64,000 bases of DNA from Nitrospinales bacterium. GTDB taxonomy: Bacteria > Nitrospinota > Nitrospinia > Nitrospinales > VA-1. The translations under genes were made by a program, and so were the position numbers. This document shows positions 9,600 to 22,363 of the stretch, piece after piece (the stretch's first letter is position 1; every line of letters starts with the position of its first letter). The DNA lies in NCBI GenBank assembly GCA_965205835.1, contig OZ242182.1:2150759-2214758 (forward strand). The letters are read 5' to 3'. The notes under the pieces were generated by a model. That model did not search any database. It was not told the origin of the DNA and was given only the letters and a program-made list of their open reading frames with translations.

Positions 9600-10946
9600 A
9601 TGAATAACTTTTTCGCCACTTTTGCCCAATTGGTGTGGGGGCCTTGGTTGCTCTTGCTTTTGTTGGGCACCGGTTTCTGGCTGACGATTCGGCTTCGGGG
9701 GATTCAATTCCGCAGTCTTTTCTATGCTTTGCGTTTGACATTTTCGAAGGAGCGGCAAGGACAAGGCGATATCTCTCACTTTGCCTCTTTGATGACAGCT
9801 TTGGCCGCAACGGTCGGGACTGGTAATATAGCCGGGGTCGGCACAGCCGTTGCCTTGGGCGGGCCTGGTGCTATCTTCTGGATGTGGGTCACGGGTCTGG
9901 TGGGCATGGCGACAAAATACAGCGAAGGTTTTCTGGCTGTTAAATTTCGCAGGGTCAATGACAAAGGCGAAATATCTGGCGGGCCGATGTATTACCTTGA
10001 AGAGGGTCTGAAAAGTAAATGGCTGGCAATGTGTTTTGCCGTGTTCGGTGCTTGCGCGGCTTTCGGTATTGGCAATATGGTGCAGGCTAATACTACCGCT
10101 ATCGCGGTGGAAGACACCATCGGGGCCAGTAAAATGGTCGTAGGCACACTCCTCGCGCTTTTAATCGGACTGGTGGTGATTGGCGGACTTAAACGAATTG
10201 CCGAAGTCGCTTCCTATCTGGTTCCGTTCATGGTCGCGATTTATTTTGCTGGTGCCTTGATCGTTATCTTCAATCACCTGGACCAACTGGGTTCAGGAAT
10301 GAAGCTGGTGTTTGAGCATGCTTTTACGGGAACTGCCGCGACCGGAGGGTTTGTGGGAGCTTCTGTAGCGAATTGCGTTCGCTACGGTGTGGCCCGCGGA
10401 CTTTTTTCCAACGAATCCGGCATGGGGAGCGCGCCCATCGTTGCCGCCGCCGCAAGAACCAATCATCCCGGCAAACAGGCCTTGGTTTCCATGACCGGAA
10501 CTTTTATCGATACCTTGATTGTTTGCTCCATCACCGCGATTGCGATCAGTTCTACCGGGGTATGGACCTCAGGTGCGACCGGCGTGGCGTTGACCGTTCA
10601 GGCTTTTACCGCAGGGCTTCCCATGTGGGGGGAACATCTGATCGCTCTGGGTACCATTACCTTTGCTTTTTCCACCATTCTTGCCTGGGAATATTATGGT
10701 GAAAAGTGCTTTGAATATATTTTTGGGGGGAAATATACCCCTTTATATCGTTACGCTTGGGTGATTTTTGTGTTTGTCGGTGCCCAAATCGAACTGGAAC
10801 TGGTTTGGAATCTTTCAGACGCGCTGAACGCCTTGATGGCCGTGCCCAACTTGATTGGGCTCATCCTTTTAAGCGGAGTTTTGTCCCGTGAGACCAAAAC
10901 TTACGAAACGGGGGTCCGTGATGGTTCTATTAGTAAGCTCGACTGA
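9600..10946 (+). CDS. Sodium:alanine/glycine symporter (AGCS family)
   Basis: ATVGTGNIAGV, GGPGAIFWMW, GGPMYY, RGLFSNESGMGSAP. Confidence 0.93.
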   Translation: MNNFFATFAQLVWGPWLLLLLLGTGFWLTIRLRGIQFRSLFYALRLTFSKERQGQGDISHFASLMTALAATVGTGNIAGVGTAVALGGPGAIFWMWVTGLVGMATKYSEGFLAVKFRRVNDKGEISGGPMYYLEEGLKSKWLAMCFAVFGACAAFGIGNMVQANTTAIAVEDTIGASKMVVGTLLALLIGLVVIGGLKRIAEVASYLVPFMVAIYFAGALIVIFNHLDQLGSGMKLVFEHAFTGTAATGGFVGASVANCVRYGVARGLFSNESGMGSAPIVAAAARTNHPGKQALVSMTGTFIDTLIVCSITAIAISSTGVWTSGATGVALTVQAFTAGLPMWGEHLIALGTITFAFSTILAWEYYGEKCFEYIFGGKYTPLYRYAWVIFVFVGAQIELELVWNLSDALNALMAVPNLIGLILLSGVLSRETKTYETGVRDGSISKLD

Positions 10947-12391
10947 TGAAAAACACTTGGGAGCCGCCGATCGTGTACAAAGTCTGCCTAACTAAAAGCT
11001 TCACTATTACTGTGCTCTTCTTTCTGATTTTTATCACTGCGGTTAGCCCTGCAGGACAAGCCTATGGTGAGATAGAGTTGAGTCTTTTCCCCAATACACT
11101 TGACAAGTTTTCTGTGGATGGCCAATTTCATGTATTTTCCCGGGACGATAGTAACCCGTCTTACGGAGCGTCGGCGGATACAAGGGGACGGGCGGAAACG
11201 ACTTTTGGGGAGACAGTGGCCAAGCTGGGTTTCACGTTTGAGAAAAGGTTGCCGTGGGCGGTTTTGGAAGGCCGTGTCAGCGGGGTATTAATGTCCACTA
11301 TCAACGCGGATGTATATGGAATTGCCGATAACGAAAGCCAGGGTGATCTCAATGAAGGCTTTTTGCTCCTCAAAAAAATCAATCGATCCCCTATAGACAT
11401 CAAGGTCGGTCGCCAGAATATCTTTATTGAAAAATCCTTTATTTCTGGAGATGCGAACCCTGAAGACGCTGCGATATGGATTTCCGCACATAAAAGTTTT
11501 CCGTTTGCCGTAAGAGTAGATGGAGATTTTGGAAGGTTAAAAACCCTTGCTTTCTGGGCCGATACGGAACTTTACTCGCAACAGAGTGATCAGCGAGAGG
11601 CCGGAAAAAGAGGAAAGGAGGGTGTCTCCTTTACGGGAATAAATATGCATTACGATTTTTCAGAAACCGCCTATTTATATGGGGGATATTACAGGAAAAT
11701 AGATGAGAGCAATATTACCTTTGCCAACTTTTCTCCCGGAGGGAAAGACCTGTTTTCTGAAAATAACACTAATGCGTTTGATATAGGGCTTGACGCTGCG
11801 GCTGGGTCTTTTCACTTTGCTGGAGAATTTGTTTACCAAACGGGAGATGCCGGACGCCTCGCAGGACAGAAATTAAGTCGGAACGCCCATGCCGGTTTTG
11901 CTCAGGCTCGATATAGTTTCAACCATTCCGTAAACCCTTACCTGAAATTCATGTACGTGTTCTTTTCCGGGGACTCGGACCTTGAAGACGATGAGGCAGA
12001 AGATTATGACCCCATGTTTATCACCAGCAGGGTTTGGAATGAATGGTTGATCGGGCAACATGTTGGTGAGGTTCAACTTCCGAATACGAATAAGTATGCT
12101 TTCATTGTAGAAACCGGCTTTTCGCCAATGCCGAGAATGCAAATAGCTTTTATGTTTCTAAAGCATTATCTGGATGAGCGGTACCTCGGAGTCTCAAGGG
12201 GAAGAAAACTCCTGAGTAGCGATGATTATGCGGATGAATGGAATTTGCTGATCGACTACGAAATCAATAACCATGTGTTCGCCCATGTTGGGGCTGGCTA
12301 TGTTATTCCGGGAAAGGCGGCGGAAGAATTTTTTGACAACAATGACAACAATAATTTTTTCACCCAGGTGTGGTTAAAGTTTCATTTTTAA
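10946..12391 (+). CDS. Putative outer-membrane beta-barrel (alginate-export-like porin)
   Basis: Hydrophobic N-terminal segment, KVGRQ motif, alternating aromatic beta-strands, C-terminal WLKFHF; TGATG coupling with the symporter gene. Confidence 0.65.
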   Translation: MKNTWEPPIVYKVCLTKSFTITVLFFLIFITAVSPAGQAYGEIELSLFPNTLDKFSVDGQFHVFSRDDSNPSYGASADTRGRAETTFGETVAKLGFTFEKRLPWAVLEGRVSGVLMSTINADVYGIADNESQGDLNEGFLLLKKINRSPIDIKVGRQNIFIEKSFISGDANPEDAAIWISAHKSFPFAVRVDGDFGRLKTLAFWADTELYSQQSDQREAGKRGKEGVSFTGINMHYDFSETAYLYGGYYRKIDESNITFANFSPGGKDLFSENNTNAFDIGLDAAAGSFHFAGEFVYQTGDAGRLAGQKLSRNAHAGFAQARYSFNHSVNPYLKFMYVFFSGDSDLEDDEAEDYDPMFITSRVWNEWLIGQHVGEVQLPNTNKYAFIVETGFSPMPRMQIAFMFLKHYLDERYLGVSRGRKLLSSDDYADEWNLLIDYEINNHVFAHVGAGYVIPGKAAEEFFDNNDNNNFFTQVWLKFHF

Positions 12392-12691
12392 AAGCTCAAA
12401 AAAATTAACCAATCTTGGAGCTTGCTTATCAGGCGACTTCCTGCCAAGCCAGATAAGAGCCCGCTTTAGACACCTCTTAAAAGAGGAGACCTCTAAGAGA
12501 GAGGAAGTGCTGTTAAACCAACCCACCCACTTTTTTTATGTAGAAGTCTCAGTCCGGTTTTTTGTGTCAGTCAGCCTTTTTTGCGAGGCATATGGCAGTC
12601 CTGACAAGCATTTGCAACCTGTCATTTTTTAAGAGTTTTCTGGTGGTGGGGCAGGAGAGTGCCATGCCGATAGATTCCGGTGGTTCGCTGG

Positions 12692-13729
12692 TCAGAATTG
12701 TTTGAGAAAGCGCAGGTCGTTTTCAAAAAACAAGCGAATATCGTTGATGCCGTACTTCAGCATGGCGATGCGTTCGATGCCGAGTCCAAAAGCAAACCCG
12801 GCCCATTTTTCTGAATCGTAGTTGACGCATTTTAATACTGCCGGGTCGACCATTCCACAGCCGAGGATTTCCAGCCACCCGGTTTGTGAACAAACCCGGC
12901 ACCCTTTGCCGCCGCAAATCACGCATTGAATATCAACTTCCGCGCTGGGGCAGGTGAAGGGGAAGAAACTGGGGCGGAACCGGATTTTTGTATTTTCTCC
13001 GAATACTTCCTGGAGGAAAATATTCATAATGCCTTTGAGGTGGCCGAAAGAAACATTTTCATCGACCATAAGTCCTTCGATTTGATGGAACATTGGCGTA
13101 TGCGAGACATCGGAATCGCAACGGTAGACTTTTCCCGGCGCGATAATGCGCAATGGCGGTTTGCGGTTTTCCATCACATGAATCTGCACCGGTGAAGTGT
13201 GGGTCCGCAAAACAGTTCCCCCTTCAACATAAAAGGTGTCCTGCATATCGCGTGCGGGGTGGTCTCTGGGAATGTTCAAGGCTTCGAAGTTATAATAGTC
13301 CGTTTCAATTTCGGGTCCCTCTTCTACCTGGAATCCTAGTCCCATAAAAATAGTGGTGATCTCCTCCATCACCTGGGTAATGGGGTGCAGGGTTCCGGTG
13401 GTTTCTCTTCGTCCTGGCAAAGTGGTGTCAAAGGTTTCACTTTTTGAAGGTGGGCGTTTGGCGGATTTGCTCAGTTCTTCCTGCTTTTCTCCCAGCAGGC
13501 TCTCGATATGCTGCTTGAAGTCATTGATGAGTTTACCCTGTTGCCGTTTCTCTTCCGGAGAAGCCTGGCGCAGGCCTTTCATGAGAGCCTGAACACAGCC
13601 TTTTTTCCCGAGGAAATCTATACGAAGTTGTTTGAGGGATTCTTGATCTGAAATAGCACTGATGCGAGAGTCGAAATCTTGCTGGTGCTTTTCGGTGGTT
13701 TCGATCATGAGTGTGCTAAATAAAGGCAA
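12692..13729 (-). CDS. pheS: Phenylalanyl-tRNA synthetase alpha subunit
   Basis: HPARDMQDTFY, LRTHTSPVQ, FRPSFFPFT, GFAFGLGIERIAMLKYG; true start may be ~13708. Confidence 0.97.
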   Translation of the reverse strand: MPLFSTLMIETTEKHQQDFDSRISAISDQESLKQLRIDFLGKKGCVQALMKGLRQASPEEKRQQGKLINDFKQHIESLLGEKQEELSKSAKRPPSKSETFDTTLPGRRETTGTLHPITQVMEEITTIFMGLGFQVEEGPEIETDYYNFEALNIPRDHPARDMQDTFYVEGGTVLRTHTSPVQIHVMENRKPPLRIIAPGKVYRCDSDVSHTPMFHQIEGLMVDENVSFGHLKGIMNIFLQEVFGENTKIRFRPSFFPFTCPSAEVDIQCVICGGKGCRVCSQTGWLEILGCGMVDPAVLKCVNYDSEKWAGFAFGLGIERIAMLKYGINDIRLFFENDLRFLKQF

Positions 13730-13774
13730 AAAGTTTGCCCGTGAAAAACCTTTTAGCTCAAAGGGTATTACTTG

Positions 13775-14143
13775 CTAGCCCCGCGCCTGGCGGAGTTGGG
13801 TGCGCGCGGTTTTGGTCAGGGCTTTGAAGGAGTCTTGATTGTGAATCGCCATATCAGAGAGAACCTTTCGGTCGAGTTCAATGTCGGCTTTTTTCAGTCC
13901 ATACATGAACTGACTGTAGTTCAGGCCTTCAGCCCTGACTGCGGCGTTGATCCGGGCAATCCAGAGTCGGCGAAACTCGCGCTTGCGGTTTTTTCGATCG
14001 CGATAAGCGTAGCACAAGCCATGCTCAACAGCTTCCCGGGCTTTGCGGAAAGCGGTGCTTCGTACACTGCGATAGCCTTTGGCCAGTTTTAAGATTTTTT
14101 TTCGTCGTTTGCGGGATACCGTTCCGTTTACTGCTCGTGGCAT
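13775..14143 (-). CDS. rplT: 50S ribosomal protein L20
   Basis: [32 protein letters not shown]. Confidence 0.97.
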   Translation of the reverse strand: MPRAVNGTVSRKRRKKILKLAKGYRSVRSTAFRKAREAVEHGLCYAYRDRKNRKREFRRLWIARINAAVRAEGLNYSQFMYGLKKADIELDRKVLSDMAIHNQDSFKALTKTARTQLRQARG

Positions 14144-14178
14144 TTCAAAACTCTCCTTGTATTCAGTTGACCTGTGGT

Positions 14179-14373
14179 TCAGTAAGGCAACAAAGTCTTA
14201 ATGCGCTTTGCGTCTCCAGTTGCCATAATGCTGGCTTTTCGCAGGTTTCTTTTTCTTTTGGTGGTTTTACTTGTCAGAATATGGCTGGTGAAAGCGCTAT
14301 TCCGGCGAATTTTTCCGGTGCCTGTTTTGCGAAACCGCTTGGCGGCACCTCTATTGGTTTTCATCTTCGGCAT
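14179..14373 (-). CDS. rpmI: 50S ribosomal protein L35
   Basis: [18 protein letters not shown]. Confidence 0.97.
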   Translation of the reverse strand: MPKMKTNRGAAKRFRKTGTGKIRRNSAFTSHILTSKTTKRKRNLRKASIMATGDAKRIKTLLPY

Positions 14374-14393
14374 TTTAAATTAACTCCGTCTAT

Positions 14394-15011
14394 TTATTTT
14401 TGCTCGGGTTTCTCGGCGGGTACTACTGCTGGTTCCGTGACAGGCACTTTTTCCGGTTGTGCAACCGGTTTTGTTTTAACCGAGCCTCCTTTTTTGGTTT
14501 TGGAGTTTTTGGGAGTCAGAATCATGACCAAGGTACGCCCTTCCTGCTTGGCCTGTTGTTCAATGACCGCTGTCTCTTTGGTTGCATCGGCAACCCGCTC
14601 CAGCACTTTCATTCCGAATTCGCGATGCACGATCTCGCGGCCCTTAAAGAAAATAACCACTTTAGCTTTGTCACCGTTTTCCAGAAACCGTTGCACATTC
14701 CGCAATTTGAAATCAAAATCATGCTGATCGGTATTGGGCCGAAACTTGACTTCCTTGACATGAATAATTTTTTGTTTTTTCTTAGCTTCGTGCGCCTTTT
14801 TGCTGGCCTTGTATTTGTGCTTGCCGTAATCCATGATGCGGCAAACAGGTGGATTTGAGTTAGGGGAAACTTCTACAAGATCCATATCCTGATCTTGAGC
14901 CATGCTCAGAGCCTCTTCTGTGGGCAGAGTGCCAATGGGTTCTCCGTCATCACCAATCACGGACACTTCCCGTACCCGAATCATCTTATTGATACGCTGT
15001 TTTTTATTAAT
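14394..15011 (-). CDS. infC: Translation initiation factor IF-3 (ATT start)
   Basis: PPVCRIMDYGK, KEVKFRP motifs; the frame extends upstream of ATG 14984 to ATT at 15011 (INKKQRINKM), preceded by an in-frame TAA, with GGAGGT SD 9 nt upstream. Confidence 0.93.
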   Translation of the reverse strand: MNKKQRINKMIRVREVSVIGDDGEPIGTLPTEEALSMAQDQDMDLVEVSPNSNPPVCRIMDYGKHKYKASKKAHEAKKKQKIIHVKEVKFRPNTDQHDFDFKLRNVQRFLENGDKAKVVIFFKGREIVHREFGMKVLERVADATKETAVIEQQAKQEGRTLVMILTPKNSKTKKGGSVKTKPVAQPEKVPVTEPAVVPAEKPEQK

Positions 15012-15035
15012 TTAAATACAACCTCCCATAAAAAA

Positions 15036-16784
15036 TTAATTTTCAGATTCAATCAGCCGGGAATCTATGCCGGATTTCAGTTCGTTCAGAAAGGTCTCAA
15101 AATCGAGGGTCCGGGTTTCTTTGAAACGCCGCTTGCGAACACCCAGAGTCTGGGATTCAACTTCTTTGTCCCCTAAAACAATCATATAGGGGATTTTCTG
15201 TAGTTGAGCCTCGCGTATTTTGAACCCAATCTTCTCATTCCGCAAGTCTTTTTCTACCCGAATATCCGATTCTTCAAGCCGTTGGGCCAGTTTTTCAGCA
15301 TATTCGGCGTGATTATCGGTGATCGTGCAAAGAATGACCTGCACCGGGGCCAACCAGAGCGGGAACGCCCCGGCATAATGCTCGATCAAACAACCAAAAA
15401 AACGCTCCAGCGAGCCCATTAAGGCGCGGTGGAGCATGATTGGCTGATGGCGTTGCCCATGTTCCTCAATATAACTTATGTTAAAGCGTTCGGGAAGGTT
15501 AAAATCGACCTGCACCGTCGAAACCTGCCAATATCGGTTCAGGCTATCTTTGATTTTGATATCGATTTTCGGGCCATAGAAAACCCCTTCGCCTGGGTCG
15601 ACCTCGAAATCCAGCTTTTTGTTGTTCAGCGCATTTTCCAAAGCTTTTGTCGCGCTTTCCCAATCCTCATCCGCGCCGACATATTTGTCCGGCTTGGTGC
15701 TCAAATAAATTTTGTATTCAAAGAATCCGAACGACCGCAGAATATAAACGATCAAATTGAGAACCTTTGTGATTTCCTCTTCAATCTGCGACGGACGGCA
15801 GAACAGGTGAGCGTCATCCTGCGTGAATCCGCGTACGCGTAAGAGACCGTGCAGAACTCCGGATCGTTCGTAACGGTAAACTGTTCCCAACTCGCCAAAC
15901 CGCATTGGTAAATCACGGTAACTCCGCAACTTGCTTTTGTAAATCTGGATATGGAAGGGGCAGTTCATCGGCTTCATGACATACTCTTTGCCCTCGATAT
16001 CCATATTGGAGAACATGTTTTCCTTATAGAATTCGGTATGGCCGCTGGTCTTCCACAGGTCGATCTTCGCGGCATGCGGGCTGATCACCATCTCGTAACC
16101 GTTTTTGAAATGTTCCTTCTTCCAGAAATCTTCTATCAGGTGGCGAACGCGCGCGCCTTTCGGGTGCCAGAGAATCAGTCCGGGTCCGATTTCGTCTGAT
16201 ACAGAAAACAGGTCGAGCTCTTTACCGAGTTTGCGGTGGTCGCGCTTCTTGGCTTCTTCCAACCTTTTAAGGTGGGTTCTCAATTCCTTTTCCGTGTTCC
16301 AGGCGGTGCCATAAATTCTTTGCAGAACCGGGTTGCGCTCGTCTCCGCGCCAGTAGGCGGATGAAGTGTGCAGAAGCTTGAAAGCCTTGATTTGTCTGGT
16401 CGACTCCACATGTGGTCCACGGCAAAGGTCGGACCAGTCGCCTTGTGAGTAAACGGAGATAGGCTCGTCTACAGTATCGATGATCTCCACTTTGAACTTC
16501 TCGCCCATGTCGGTGAATTTTTTTATGGCTTCATCGCGGGGAATTTCAGTGCGCACGATCTCTAAATCTTTCGCGGCAATTTCTTTCATGCGTTTTTCGA
16601 TTTTTTCCAGGTCTTCGGGAACGAAAGCCTCGTCGCGTGAGAAGTCGTAATAGAAACCGTCTTCGATCACAGGGCCAATGGTAACCTGGGTACCGGGGAA
16701 CAGTTCCTGAACCGCCTGTGCCATCAAATGCGCGCAACTGTGCCGTAGCGTTTCCAAGTCTACCTGGTTTGGATTGTTCGACAT
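15036..16784 (-). CDS. thrS: Threonyl-tRNA synthetase (lacks the N-terminal TGS domain)
   Basis: RHSCAHLMAQAV, DLCRGPH, RDHRKLG, KPMNCP, FYGPKID. Confidence 0.97.
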   Translation of the reverse strand: MSNNPNQVDLETLRHSCAHLMAQAVQELFPGTQVTIGPVIEDGFYYDFSRDEAFVPEDLEKIEKRMKEIAAKDLEIVRTEIPRDEAIKKFTDMGEKFKVEIIDTVDEPISVYSQGDWSDLCRGPHVESTRQIKAFKLLHTSSAYWRGDERNPVLQRIYGTAWNTEKELRTHLKRLEEAKKRDHRKLGKELDLFSVSDEIGPGLILWHPKGARVRHLIEDFWKKEHFKNGYEMVISPHAAKIDLWKTSGHTEFYKENMFSNMDIEGKEYVMKPMNCPFHIQIYKSKLRSYRDLPMRFGELGTVYRYERSGVLHGLLRVRGFTQDDAHLFCRPSQIEEEITKVLNLIVYILRSFGFFEYKIYLSTKPDKYVGADEDWESATKALENALNNKKLDFEVDPGEGVFYGPKIDIKIKDSLNRYWQVSTVQVDFNLPERFNISYIEEHGQRHQPIMLHRALMGSLERFFGCLIEHYAGAFPLWLAPVQVILCTITDNHAEYAEKLAQRLEESDIRVEKDLRNEKIGFKIREAQLQKIPYMIVLGDKEVESQTLGVRKRRFKETRTLDFETFLNELKSGIDSRLIESEN

Positions 16785-17045
16785 TTTTTGAATTTATTTC
16801 CCGTGGGTGTTGTTTGCCGCTTAAATAGTTTTGAAAACTTGATTTACTGAATCTGGAAGCTCAATGGTAAGAATTGCTCAATCCGGTAAAGACCAGTTTC
16901 CCTCGGACGATGTCCGGAAAATGAAAAGGCACCGTACGCACTGGCATAATGCCCAACTTAGGTCGTTGAGGCCGGTAAAAATCAAAAATTTCGCATAAGG
17001 CGTAAGCGACAAACAGGCTAAAGGTTATACAAAGCCTTATTGAAA

Positions 17046-17117
17046 TAGGCGCGGGCGGCTTCGAACCGCCGACCCCTTGCATGTCAAGCAAGTACTCTAC
17101 CCCTGAGCTACGCGCCT
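17046..17117 (-). tRNA. tRNA-Val(GAC)
   Basis: Reverse complement folds as a cloverleaf: AGGCGCG/CGCGCCT acceptor, CTTGC-TTGACAT-GCAAG anticodon arm, GGTTCGAA T-loop; CCA not encoded. Confidence 0.95.
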
Positions 17118-17244
17118 GAAAAATCCGATGAAAGCTATTCTAAGTGCTATATGAAAATTGTCAAGAGAAGGGGAAACGGCGACTCGATTTTTACTTGGTA
17201 ATTAACGCTCCAGTTATGATAAAAGGCGGTGGCAGTCTGTATCC

Positions 17245-17364
17245 TCAGTCTACTTTAACCTGGCACGGTTTTGGCTTGGTCCGCTTATGCGGCTTGACCG
17301 TCACCGTCTTTGAGCCAGGTTTTCTAGTGGCCCGAACGGTTCGCTTAACTTGTTTACAAGCCAT
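17245..17364 (-). CDS. Putative 39-aa Lys/Arg-rich small protein MACKQVKRTVRATRKPGSKTVTVKPHKRTKPKPCQVKVD
   Basis: ATG..TGA ORF below the ORF-track cutoff, AAGGA SD 8 nt upstream, co-oriented downstream of the fic gene. Confidence 0.6.
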   Translation of the reverse strand: MACKQVKRTVRATRKPGSKTVTVKPHKRTKPKPCQVKVD

Positions 17365-17485
17365 AGCGGTATTCCTTTCAAATATACCCGGCAAGTTGGG
17401 TTTTCTGCCCTTGAGGCACCACTGCCTTCCCTAATTAGGCTCAGGGCTCAATGGGGAAAATGGTGACGGTCACCACCCACATTTT

Positions 17486-18667
17486 TTACCTTAAAAATGA
17501 ATAACCTTTTCCTTTTGGGAGGTCCTTTATGTTCTGGAAAAACTCAGTCTCAGTAATTTTTGTGGGCCAATCCAAATTAACATTCAACATATGTCCCTTG
17601 TCAATTTTTTTGGCGCTGATTGCTTTAAGTCCAATCAGGTTATTTAAATCTCTTATCAAAGCTGGGTAGGGTGAAGCTAGCTTGCCATAATAAATCAGTG
17701 TTCTGTCCATCACTTCATCAAGTGCCAATGGTCCGTCCAGCAAAACTTGGAGGACATTTAGCTGGCGTTTAGCAAGTACTCTTTTTTTCTTTGAACGGAG
17801 CCGTTTAAACAAGGTGTATCCCATGCTCATAAAAAGCTCCTTGGAGACTTCTTTGCTAATTTGAGAAAGCAGACGTTTGCTCTGAACTTCTATGCCTTTT
17901 AATCCAAAAACCAAGAAAGAAGTTAAATCAAAATCTTCGGACCGGGTTTTTGTCAGAGTTGCCAAGTAATTATTTTTTTCTTCATAATAATAATTCGACA
18001 TGGCAATGAAACAGGTGCCATGCAGACCCGCCCTTTGTAGCATCAATGCTTCCAGACAACGTGCTGTCCGGCCATTTCCATCCATAAATGGGTGCATTGA
18101 AGCCATGTGAAAATGAGCGGCAAGGGCTTGGACCAAAGGGTCGTGGTCCAGGTATTCCTGATTAATTGCTTTTACTAGTAAAGAAAAAGCGACATGACAC
18201 GCTTCCCCCCCATCTGCGCCACGATGCATGGGTGTTCCAAAATTTACATTCTGATCTTTGGATCGAATCACTCCAGGAGGACAATGATCATCATCGGCTC
18301 CGGTCACTACCAGTCGGTGGATATTAGTTATCAATTTTTCGTTTATGGGTTTTTCATCGGGAACCGTAGCGATCCATTGATAGGCTTTATGAGCGGCGCG
18401 GGCCTGCCGTTGTGATCTGGTGATTAGCCCTTCAGGGGATTCCCGTAGCGCATCCTCTAATTCACCTTCGGTAAAATCCGCGCCCTCAATTCGGGAGGTC
18501 CCAGCCACTTCCCGTTTCAATTCCATTCTTTGTAAAGAATCTACCCATCGTTTTTGGTATGGAATGGTGCCCAAAGAAATAACGGCGGCTTTGGCATTTA
18601 TCAGGGCATTTGAAATGGCTGGCAGATCGTAGTTGATCCAGTTTTCGGGCTGCCTATAGTTAATCAT
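17486..18667 (-). CDS. Fic-domain protein (putative AMPylase with intramolecular inhibitory helix)
   Basis: HPFMDGNGRTAR Fic motif; TSRIEG matches the (S/T)xxxE(G/N) inhibitory motif N-terminal to the core; visibly AT-rich. Confidence 0.9.
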   Translation of the reverse strand: MINYRQPENWINYDLPAISNALINAKAAVISLGTIPYQKRWVDSLQRMELKREVAGTSRIEGADFTEGELEDALRESPEGLITRSQRQARAAHKAYQWIATVPDEKPINEKLITNIHRLVVTGADDDHCPPGVIRSKDQNVNFGTPMHRGADGGEACHVAFSLLVKAINQEYLDHDPLVQALAAHFHMASMHPFMDGNGRTARCLEALMLQRAGLHGTCFIAMSNYYYEEKNNYLATLTKTRSEDFDLTSFLVFGLKGIEVQSKRLLSQISKEVSKELFMSMGYTLFKRLRSKKKRVLAKRQLNVLQVLLDGPLALDEVMDRTLIYYGKLASPYPALIRDLNNLIGLKAISAKKIDKGHMLNVNLDWPTKITETEFFQNIKDLPKGKGYSFLR

Positions 18668-18958
18668 ATTTAGTACTATAATTGTTCTTTCATATAAAAA
18701 TCAAAATTTTTTAAACTATCTATTTTTAATAGTTTATATTATAAAAATATAATATAAATATTTTTTAAATTTAAACTAAATGTTTAGCCAATAGAAAACC
18801 TTAAAGTGAATTTAGATGGGAACAATTTATGTTAACTAGGGGAATATCCCTTATATTGCTAAGGTAGATAGGAGGTTTTTTGGGGGGAGGAGGGTAATTT
18901 TTAACATTCCCTTACCTCCCAAAAACTGAGAGGGAAGGGAATAGTTTGTGGTTGGTGG

Positions 18959-21556
<2,598 letters not shown>

Positions 21557-21567
<11 letters not shown>

Positions 21568-22339
21568 TCAAGCCGTCCAGTGGACTGCTGGCTGAGGCAT
21601 ACAGTTTCTTCGGGATGCGTCCGGCTTCATAAGCCATACGACCGCATTCCACCGCCATTTTCATAGCTTGTGCCATTTTTAACGGGTCTTTGGCGCTAGC
21701 GATGGCAGTGTTCATCAAGATTCCTGAAACCCCCAGCTCCATGGCGCGGCTGGCGTCGGAGGCGGTGCCGACCCCGGCATCGATGATGACCGGAACCTTG
21801 ACCGCTTCTAAAATCAGTTTGATGTTATACGGGTTGCGAATGCCGAGACCGGATCCGATCGGTGCTGCCAGTGGCATGACCGCGGCGCAACCGATGTCTT
21901 CGAGTTTTTTGCAGAGCACGACATCATCGGCGCAATAAGGCAGAACATGAAAGCCGTCTTTGACTAAAAGTTTAGAGGCTTCCAGCGTAGCTTCGTTATC
22001 GGGGAACAGGGTTTTCTCGTCACCGATGACTTCTACCTTAACGATGTTTCCCAGTCCTGCTTCCCGTGCCAGTTCGCAGGTCATCACCGCTTCTTTCAGC
22101 GTGTAGCATCCTGCCGTGTTGGGAAGAAAAGTGTATTTTTTGGGGTCGAGGTGATTGAGTATGGAGTCCTTATTTTTGTCCAGCTCAATGCGGCGAACAG
22201 CAACCGTTACAATTTCGGCGCCGGAAATTTCGATAGCCTGTCGGGTTTCGTCGAAGGATTTATATTTCCCGGTCCCTACAATCAGCCTGGACTTGAAAGT
22301 CTTGTCGCCAATTTTCATGAATTCTTTTTTTATGGCCAT
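21557..22339 (-). CDS. thiG: Thiazole synthase
   Basis: [29 protein letters not shown]. Confidence 0.97.
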
Positions 22340-22363
22340 ATTCGTAGTTTTAAAAAATTAAAA

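Noticed and set aside
14985-15011. ATT start codon of infC as a novelty
   Set aside because: Well-established IF3 autoregulation; used only to correct the start.
15036-16784. ThrS lacking the TGS domain
   Set aside because: Short ThrS forms are known in many bacteria.
16861-17091. 76-aa ORF overlapping tRNA-Val, and the prs extension 34297-34449 across tRNA-Gln
   Set aside because: Artefacts of reading through tRNA genes.
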